Below, piece after piece: positions 57,752 through 64,000 of a DNA stretch of 64,000 bases (its first letter is position 1; the number at the start of each line of letters is the position of its first letter). This stretch comes from an uncultured Actinomycetes bacterium (GTDB lineage: Bacteria; Actinomycetota; UBA4738; HRBIN12). The notes below the pieces were generated by a model. The model saw nothing but the letters and a program-made list of their open reading frames with translations, searched no databases and was not told where the DNA came from. Where the stretch lies: NCBI GenBank assembly GCA_963765865.1, contig CAVXYE010000007.1, positions 277,923 to 341,922 of the forward strand, read 5' to 3'. The translations under genes and the position numbers were made by a program.

Positions 57752-58717
57752 GTGAAGCCCACCATCGAACGACCGGCGCCGGCGCCCGAGCCCGAGCCGC
57801 TCGGGGACCAGGTCAAGCTGCCGAAGAGCGTGAAGGCGATCGCTCGGACGCGACGGAAGGAAGCGGCCCTTCGCACGTGGCGGCAATATCGGAAGAGCAA
57901 GATGGGCATGGCCGGGCTCGGGATCTTGATCTTCTTCGTCCTGGTGGCCATCTTCGCCCCCGTGCTGGCGAGCAGGTGCGAACTGTCTCCGACGTGCGCG
58001 TCGGGGCCGATCCTTTCACCGCCGTCCTGGCAATACCCGTTGGGGACCGACGACCTGGGTCGTTCCGTCCTCGCCCTCGTGATCTGGGGGTCACGCATCT
58101 CGATCGTCGTCGGACTGGCGGCGACCCTCATCACCGTCGTCATCGGTACGTCGTTCGGTTTGGCCGCCGGCTACTACGGGGGTTGGCGCGAGTCAGGCCT
58201 GATGAGGGTCACCGACTGGTTCCTGGTGATCCCGTTCCTGCCGCTGGCGATCGTGCTCTCCGTGATCCTGACCCCGTCCCTGACGACGGTGATCCTGGTG
58301 ATCGGGATCACGTCGTGGGCGAGCACCGCCCGAGTGGTCCGCGCGCAGGTCCTCTCACTCAAGACGCGCACGTACGTGGAGCGCTCGCGGGCACTCGGCG
58401 CGAGCCACTGGCACCTGATGTCCCGGCACATCTTGCCCAACGTCGGACCCCTCATCTTCGCGAACACGGTCCTGATCGTTGCGGTGGCCATCCTGTCGGA
58501 AACGACGCTCTCCTTCCTCAACCTGGGTCCCGACCCCGCCACGAACATCTCCTGGGGCACGATCCTCGAATTCGCCTTCGGGGGCGGAGCCGCGTTCTCG
58601 AACGACTGGTGGTGGATCGTTCCCCCCGGTGTCGCGGTCGTCCTCGTGGTGCTGGCGTTCACGATGATCGGATACGCGCTCGACGAGATCCTGAACCCCA
58701 AGCTGAGGGCTCGATGA
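57752..58717 (+). CDS. ABC transporter permease (DppC/OppC-like)
   Basis: 321 aa, 6 TM helices. GTG start. Confidence 0.85.
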   Translation: MKPTIERPAPAPEPEPLGDQVKLPKSVKAIARTRRKEAALRTWRQYRKSKMGMAGLGILIFFVLVAIFAPVLASRCELSPTCASGPILSPPSWQYPLGTDDLGRSVLALVIWGSRISIVVGLAATLITVVIGTSFGLAAGYYGGWRESGLMRVTDWFLVIPFLPLAIVLSVILTPSLTTVILVIGITSWASTARVVRAQVLSLKTRTYVERSRALGASHWHLMSRHILPNVGPLIFANTVLIVAVAILSETTLSFLNLGPDPATNISWGTILEFAFGGGAAFSNDWWWIVPPGVAVVLVVLAFTMIGYALDEILNPKLRAR

Positions 58718-59745
58718 GCCTGCTCTCGGTCGATGAACTGCACGTCACGTACCGGACGCAGGGGGGACCCGTACCCGCGGTCCGCGGGGTCGCCTTCGAA
58801 TTGGCGCGCGGGGAGGTGTTGGGGCTCGCCGGTGAATCCGGCTGCGGCAAGTCAACGATCGCCGGCGCGATCCTGCGGCTCTTGCCCAAAGGTACGGACG
58901 TCTCCGGTCGGGTGCTGCTGGACGACCAGAACGTCCTCGAGCTGAAGCCGGGGAAGCTCCGCGCCGTCCGGTGGACGGAAGCTTCGATCGTGTTCCAGGG
59001 GGCGATGCACGCGTTGAATCCCGTGCAGAGGATCGGGGACCAGATCGCAGAACCGATCATCCTGCACGGTCAGGCGGGCGAGCGGGAGGCACTGGTTCGA
59101 GCGGGTTCGCTCCTCGAGCAGGTGGGCCTGCCAGCGAGGCGGTTGCGGGACTATCCGCATGAGCTTTCGGGCGGCCAGCGCCAGCGCGTGATGATCGCGA
59201 TGGCGTTGGCGTGCAGTCCTCGTCTGATCATCGCCGACGAACCCACGACGGCGCTCGACGTCATGGTCCAGGCGCAGGTCTTGCGCCTGCTCAAGGAGCT
59301 TCAGCGCGAGCTCGGGCTGGCCATGATCTTCATCACGCACGACCTCTCGGTCCTGGTTGAGACCTGTGATCGCCTGGCCGTGATGTATGCCGGGAGGATC
59401 ATCGAGGAAGGCGCCGCCGATACCGTCTTCCGGCAACCCGCCCACCCGTACACGCGAGCGCTGTCCGCGGCGTTCCCCGAGATCGGGGACGCTCGCTTCC
59501 GGATGCACCCGGCCGGTCTCCCGGGCGATCCGCCCTATCCCGCCGATCTCCCCACCGGCTGCACGTTCCATCCACGATGCCCCGACGTGTTCGATCCGTG
59601 CTCGACGGTCGATCCGCCACTCTTCGACGTGTCTCCCGGACGTCGAGCCGCCTGCCTCCTCCTCGACGCCGGGCGGGCGTCTCTCCGGACGGCCGCACGG
59701 GCCGACGACAACGACGACGATCTGCCTGCCGAGGGGCAAGGTTGA
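58714..59745 (+). CDS. ABC transporter ATP-binding protein (DppD/OppD-like)
   Basis: Walker [10 protein letters not shown], signature LSGGQRQR, C-terminal oligopeptide_C Cys motif. ATGA overlap. Confidence 0.9.
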   Translation: MSLLSVDELHVTYRTQGGPVPAVRGVAFELARGEVLGLAGESGCGKSTIAGAILRLLPKGTDVSGRVLLDDQNVLELKPGKLRAVRWTEASIVFQGAMHALNPVQRIGDQIAEPIILHGQAGEREALVRAGSLLEQVGLPARRLRDYPHELSGGQRQRVMIAMALACSPRLIIADEPTTALDVMVQAQVLRLLKELQRELGLAMIFITHDLSVLVETCDRLAVMYAGRIIEEGAADTVFRQPAHPYTRALSAAFPEIGDARFRMHPAGLPGDPPYPADLPTGCTFHPRCPDVFDPCSTVDPPLFDVSPGRRAACLLLDAGRASLRTAARADDNDDDLPAEGQG

Positions 59746-60782
59746 ACGATCCCGTCGAGGATCCGACCCCTTCGTCGGAGGCGGGGCCCCTCTTGGAGGT
59801 GCGGGACCTCCACGTGTCCTTCACGGGAAGGCTCGGCCTCGGTGCCGGCCTCGTCGGGAAGAAGGCGGCCGTCGCGCGCGCCGTCGATGGCGTGAGCCTG
59901 AGTCTCCAGAAGGGTGAGGTTCTCGCGCTCGCCGGCGAGTCCGGTTGCGGCAAGACGACGGCTGCGCGAGCCATCATGGGCCTGGAGCGACCCCACCAGG
60001 GGGAGATCCTCTACGAGGATGAACCCATCTGGAAGGATCTCCGTGCCTACCGCCGCAAGGTGCAGATGGTGTTCCAGGATCCAACCGGTGCCCTCAACCC
60101 GCGGGAGACGGTCTTCGAATCCGTCGCGGAAGGACTGCGGATCCACCGGGTTCCCGGTGATGAGCGAACGCAGGTCGCGAGGGCACTGTCGAGCGCCGGC
60201 CTGCGGCCCCCCGAACGCTTCTTCCTGAATTACCCGCACGAACTCTCGGGCGGACAACGTCAGCGCGTCGTGATCGCCGGCGCGCTCGTTCTCGAACCGC
60301 ACATGATCGTCGCCGACGAACCGGTCTCGAACCTGGACGCCTCCGTCCGCGGCGAGATCCTGGCGCTCTTGATGGATCTCCGTCGCCGGCTCGGGTTGAC
60401 GATCTTGATCGTGACCCATGATCTGGGGCTCGCGTGGATGGTCGCCGACCGGGTCGCCGTGATGTATCTCGGCAGGGTCGTCGAGATCGGGCCGGCCGAG
60501 GACGTCCTGGTGCATCCCAAGCACCCCTACACGAAGGCGTTGCTCGACGTGGTGCCGGAGGTCGGCGGTGGTGGACGGCCGATCCTGAAGGGAGAGCCGC
60601 CGGACCCAACCAGGATCCCCGCGGGGTGTCGGTTCCACCCGCGGTGCCCGGTCGTCGCGAGCGGCAGGGCGGAGCGGCTCGGCATCCTCGGCCGCTGTAC
60701 GGGCGAAGATCTGGGACTGGAGGAGAAAGCGCCCGGTCACCAGGTCGCCTGCTACCTGACGGAGCTCGGCGAAGAGCCGTAG
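59742..60782 (+). CDS. ABC transporter ATP-binding protein (DppF/OppF-like)
   Basis: Walker [21 protein letters not shown] start at 59742 (TTGA overlap), or GTG at 59754. Confidence 0.85.
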   Translation: MNDPVEDPTPSSEAGPLLEVRDLHVSFTGRLGLGAGLVGKKAAVARAVDGVSLSLQKGEVLALAGESGCGKTTAARAIMGLERPHQGEILYEDEPIWKDLRAYRRKVQMVFQDPTGALNPRETVFESVAEGLRIHRVPGDERTQVARALSSAGLRPPERFFLNYPHELSGGQRQRVVIAGALVLEPHMIVADEPVSNLDASVRGEILALLMDLRRRLGLTILIVTHDLGLAWMVADRVAVMYLGRVVEIGPAEDVLVHPKHPYTKALLDVVPEVGGGGRPILKGEPPDPTRIPAGCRFHPRCPVVASGRAERLGILGRCTGEDLGLEEKAPGHQVACYLTELGEEP

Positions 60783-60790
60783 CCTCGCGT

Positions 60791-61531
60791 TCAGCCGGTC
60801 GCGGGCGTTCCGCTCGGCTCGGGCAGCTCGTCCTCGGTCTCGGTCCTCTCGTCCTGGTGATCTCCGGACGCCCCGCTGGGTGAGACACCGCCCGCCTCGG
60901 CCTCTTCGGCCTCCTCGCCCTTGAGGACACCGAGGATCGCGGCCATCTCGGCGTCGCCGACGGGAGCGTCGGACCTGACGTTGCTGCCGCGCGCGGATGC
61001 GAGGAGCGAGCGAAGGTTGGACTCGGCCATCTCGGCCCGGCCTTCGAGCTCGCGGGCGCGCTCCGACGCCGAACGCGCGCGGCGCTCGGCCTCGTCCATC
61101 CGCGCCCGAGCGTCCCGGGTCTCCTCGCGGAGCTGCCGCGCCTCGGCGCGGAGCTGCGCGTTCTCCCGGCCGAGCTCGACGACCTTGTCGGCAACCGCCC
61201 GGCCCAGATCGGAGTACGCGGGTGAGCCGCCCGCGGCGCGCTCGCCGCGCGGCTTCGCCGCGCCGCGAGCGCGCCGCGGCCGCCGGCCGATCGATTCCTT
61301 CTCCCCGGCGTCGACGGGACGGGCGTCCAGCAGACGGTAGGAGCCGTTGGCCGGCTCCAGCCGGCGGCGGGCGATCAGCGCACGCACGGCCCTGGCCGTG
61401 GAGAGGGCGTCGGGCAGCCCGAGCGCTCGCCCGATCTCGGCCGGCGTGTCGGTCATCACTTCGCCCACTGCCACACGCTCAACGACTGCAGCAAGGAACG
61501 CATTGGCCCGCTGGAGGCTCTCCTGATTCAT
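60791..61531 (-). CDS. Hypothetical protein with an N-terminal wHTH-like region and a central coiled coil
   Basis: About 246 aa. ENAQLRAEARQLREETRDARARMDEAERRARSASERARELEGRAEMAE heptad-like. Acidic C-terminus. Confidence 0.45.
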   Translation of the reverse strand: MNQESLQRANAFLAAVVERVAVGEVMTDTPAEIGRALGLPDALSTARAVRALIARRRLEPANGSYRLLDARPVDAGEKESIGRRPRRARGAAKPRGERAAGGSPAYSDLGRAVADKVVELGRENAQLRAEARQLREETRDARARMDEAERRARSASERARELEGRAEMAESNLRSLLASARGSNVRSDAPVGDAEMAAILGVLKGEEAEEAEAGGVSPSGASGDHQDERTETEDELPEPSGTPATG

Positions 61532-61589
61532 AGGCGCCAATCATCCACGATTGGACAGCCCAAATACCAGTTGTGCGGCGACGAACCGG

Positions 61590-62189
61590 CTAGCAATCAG
61601 TTGCGCAATCCAGGTAGATCGGCCCGACGCTCGTGAATCGGCCGAGGTCGCCGTCGGGTCGAGCGGCTTTCGTGGGGGCCCCGCCATGGCCGCTCGCGAG
61701 CTGGACCCTGGCGATCAGCAGCGGGATCGTCGCCCTGAACCCCCCCAGGTCCTGCGACCCGGTGGGAACCGCTCCGATCTCCGAGAAGCGAAGGACGAGG
61801 CGACCTCCCGACACCGCGCCGGTGACGGCCAGCGTCACGGTTCGGGTTTGCACCTGCGCCACGGGGAAGTCGCAGCCCCACCCCCGGAGGGCGGCGCGAG
61901 CCTGTCCCTCGGCGGAGCCGTCCGGACGGATCGTGACGCGTCCGGAGGTATGCCAGCGGCTCCGGCAGGAACCCCCGACGTGCAGATCGTGACGCGTCGC
62001 GCTGTTCATCGCCAACGACCATCGCTGGCTCGTCGACGCACCACTCGTCGGCGTCGGGGTCGTCGGTCGCGACCCGGGATCTTCCACGCCCGGCGGGAAG
62101 GGGTTCGTGTGCGCCGCGACGAATGCACCCACTCCGGCGCAGACGCCGAACACGCCCAGCCAGAGCGTCAGCTTCACCCAGCGAGGCAC
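61590..62189 (-). CDS. Hypothetical secreted / membrane-anchored protein
   Basis: 199 aa. Signal-anchor WVKLTLWLGVFGVCAGVGAFVAA. GTG start 9 nt after the vWA stop. Confidence 0.45.
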   Translation of the reverse strand: MPRWVKLTLWLGVFGVCAGVGAFVAAHTNPFPPGVEDPGSRPTTPTPTSGASTSQRWSLAMNSATRHDLHVGGSCRSRWHTSGRVTIRPDGSAEGQARAALRGWGCDFPVAQVQTRTVTLAVTGAVSGGRLVLRFSEIGAVPTGSQDLGGFRATIPLLIARVQLASGHGGAPTKAARPDGDLGRFTSVGPIYLDCATDC

Positions 62190-62198
62190 GACCGGAGC

Positions 62199-63989
62199 CT
62201 AGCGGCTGCGATGACGCACGTAGTCGCGCAGGACGAACTCGCCGACGTTGCGGTCATCCATCAGGAAGACACGCCCGCCGGTTCGCTCGGCGAGCCGCTC
62301 CATGAACCGAGCGAGCCCATCGGAGTCCTCGAGCATGAAGATGTTGAGCGTGACCCCGCTCCGGGACAGGCGCACCGCCTCGGCGAGCGTCAACCGGATC
62401 GTCTCGGGCTCCGGTGGCCAGGCGAAGAAGGCCTGCTCGCCCTCGAGGTGGGCCGTCGGTTCCCCGTCCGTCACCATGATCACCTGACGGGCGGCTCGAG
62501 GATGCTGCGCCAGCAGCCTCCCGGCCATCAGGAACGCGTGTTGCATGTTGGTGCCGTACGTGCGCTCGAAGCCCGGGGTCGCGAGCTCCTCCGGCTGGAG
62601 CCGACGCGCGAAATCGCTGAACCCGATCAGGTAGAGCGTGTCGTGGGGGTAGCGGCCTTCGATCAACGCGTGCAGCGCGAGCGCCATCTTCTTCGCGTGC
62701 ACGAGATGCCCGCGCAAGGGCATCGAGAACGAAAGGTCCAGCAGCAACGCGGTCGCCGTCTCGGTCCGCTCCTCGGCTTCCACCAGCTCGAAGTCGTCGG
62801 GATGGAGCCGGACGACACCCTCGGATGCCGCGCCCCGCGTCACGGCGTTGAACACCGTCCGCTGCACGTCGATCTGCCCGTGGTCGCCGAAGCGCCACGG
62901 TCTCGTCTGCCCGGTGGGCTCGGCGAGCCCGCCCGGGTCCCGCGCCTCGTGCGTCCCCTCGCGGTCGCGCGTCAGACGTTCGAACACGCGCGTGAGCGCG
63001 CGCTCGCCCATCTTCCGCGCTCCACGCGGGGTCAGCTCCAAGCGGCCGTGCCGCCGCTGCACGAGCCCCGCGTCCTCCAGCATCTTCTCGATCTGCTCCA
63101 GCCGGCGGAGATCGCGGACGGCAGGTTCCCCCATCGTGCGCCGGAGCGCCTCCTCGTCGACGTCCTCGAGCGAGGCTCCCGGATACGACCCCTCCAGCGT
63201 CCGATCGAGCTCCTCGTAGTCATGCATCCGCTCGAGCGCGTCCACGGTGGCCGACATCGGCATCGCGTCCTCGCCGACCCCCCAGCCCGGCTCGTCCCAC
63301 CCGGCATCCGGGAAGGCGCCCGAGAGGTTCGACCCGAGCCGGTCGAGCTCGAACGCCAGGTCCATGTCCTGCATCACCTGGTCGACGAGCTGCTGCAACT
63401 CCGCGCGCTGCTCGTCGGAGAGGGACGCCAGGAGCCGCGACATCGCCGCCATCCGTCGGGCCATCTGCTCGAGCAATTCGTCCAGCGTGCGTGGCCGCTC
63501 GGGGAACAGGTCGCCGTACCGTTGCATGAAGTCCTCGAACGCCGGCTGGACGTCCTCACCGCGCTCGCGTCGCTCGAGCATCTCGTTCAGCTCGGCGATC
63601 ATGTCCTTGAACCGAGCGAGTTGCTCGGGATCGATGTTCTGCATGCCTTGCGCGAGCTGCCGGAAGTACGAGCCGAGCACCTGCTCCTTCAGATGCTCCA
63701 TGAGCTCGTCGAACATGCGCTTCGCGTCGGGATCCACGAACCGGTAGTCCTGGAGCTCGCGGATCTGACCGGGGACGTCGGGCGGGAGGGCGTCCAGCGA
63801 AGCCTCACGCATCCGCGCATCGTCTCCCGGCTCGAACGACAGGCGTGAACGCTCGCGATCCAGGATCTCGTCGAGGCGCCGACGGAGCTCCTCCAAAGGA
63901 CCTGCGAGGTTCAACCTCGTCTGCTCCTCGTCGCGCAGCTGCTGGAGCCGGCTGCGGAGCGAGTCGAGACCGCTGAAACGGCCCTGCAT
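62199..63989 (-). CDS. VWA domain-containing protein (CoxE-like, acidic helical N-terminal region); C-terminal part, start probably beyond the window
   Basis: The vWA fold with a MIDAS-like LLLDLSFSM...TDG motif sits in the C-terminal 200 aa. At least 596 aa lie in the window. Confidence 0.65.
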   Translation of the reverse strand: MQGRFSGLDSLRSRLQQLRDEEQTRLNLAGPLEELRRRLDEILDRERSRLSFEPGDDARMREASLDALPPDVPGQIRELQDYRFVDPDAKRMFDELMEHLKEQVLGSYFRQLAQGMQNIDPEQLARFKDMIAELNEMLERRERGEDVQPAFEDFMQRYGDLFPERPRTLDELLEQMARRMAAMSRLLASLSDEQRAELQQLVDQVMQDMDLAFELDRLGSNLSGAFPDAGWDEPGWGVGEDAMPMSATVDALERMHDYEELDRTLEGSYPGASLEDVDEEALRRTMGEPAVRDLRRLEQIEKMLEDAGLVQRRHGRLELTPRGARKMGERALTRVFERLTRDREGTHEARDPGGLAEPTGQTRPWRFGDHGQIDVQRTVFNAVTRGAASEGVVRLHPDDFELVEAEERTETATALLLDLSFSMPLRGHLVHAKKMALALHALIEGRYPHDTLYLIGFSDFARRLQPEELATPGFERTYGTNMQHAFLMAGRLLAQHPRAARQVIMVTDGEPTAHLEGEQAFFAWPPEPETIRLTLAEAVRLSRSGVTLNIFMLEDSDGLARFMERLAERTGGRVFLMDDRNVGEFVLRDYVRHRSR

Positions 63990-64000
63990 GCCGCGCCGCA

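Noticed and set aside
1-64000. Searched for CRISPR repeats, IS/transposase or integrase genes, tRNA/rRNA, and toxin-antitoxin or defence-island hallmarks
   Set aside because: No periodic repeat arrays, no DDE/serine/tyrosine recombinase-like ORFs, no tRNA-like cloverleaf regions in the short intergenic gaps, and no nuclease/helicase defence genes were found.

Overview
The window is very GC-rich (about 70%), with the strong codon third-position GC bias typical of Actinobacteria-like genomes. Because of this, nearly every frame gives long spurious ORFs, so I called genes from protein-like composition, recognisable family motifs, third-position GC, and start/stop coupling to neighbours. Coding density is high: about 59 protein-coding genes, with no rRNA, tRNA, CRISPR array, transposase or prophage signal.

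Three blocks stand out:

1. Positions 1-10834, minus strand. A co-directional string of 11 genes (10 in a tightly coupled operon-like chain plus a trailing MFS gene), with most junctions overlapping by 1-4 bp. It reads: MutY, a coiled-coil SAM methyltransferase, two GT4 glycosyltransferases, a Fur-family regulator, a lipoprotein, a CPBP protease, an orphan LivJ-like solute-binding lipoprotein, a bitopic membrane protein, a large GT-C-like membrane protein and an MFS transporter. I read it as an envelope glycoconjugate system with an embedded metalloregulator.

2. Positions 11.4-29.9 kb, housekeeping and regulatory genes: a YciI-like protein plus an ECF-type sigma factor followed by an MBOAT/SGNH O-acyltransferase pair; TrpB2, a Cys4 Rieske-like protein, a CDP-alcohol phosphatidyltransferase and GreA; a PAS-GAF histidine kinase; an ALDH; an SDR; and a GntR-controlled kinase/ADH/aldolase operon.

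3. Positions 30-60.8 kb, a large nitrogen-compound catabolic island: four glutamine-synthetase-family ligases, two class-III aminotransferases, three class-I GATase/PuuD-like proteins, a formamidase, an amidohydrolase, two APC permeases, a CoA-transferase fused in frame to an acyl-CoA dehydrogenase, EtfAB, an EtfD-like membrane Fe-S oxidoreductase, a C45 peptidase and a peptide-type ABC importer.

This island carries six apparent frameshifts (five at short G or C homopolymer runs, one at a GC dinucleotide repeat), one missing stop codon and two in-frame domain fusions. That argues either for ongoing gene decay or for indel-type sequencing errors confined to this part of the assembly.
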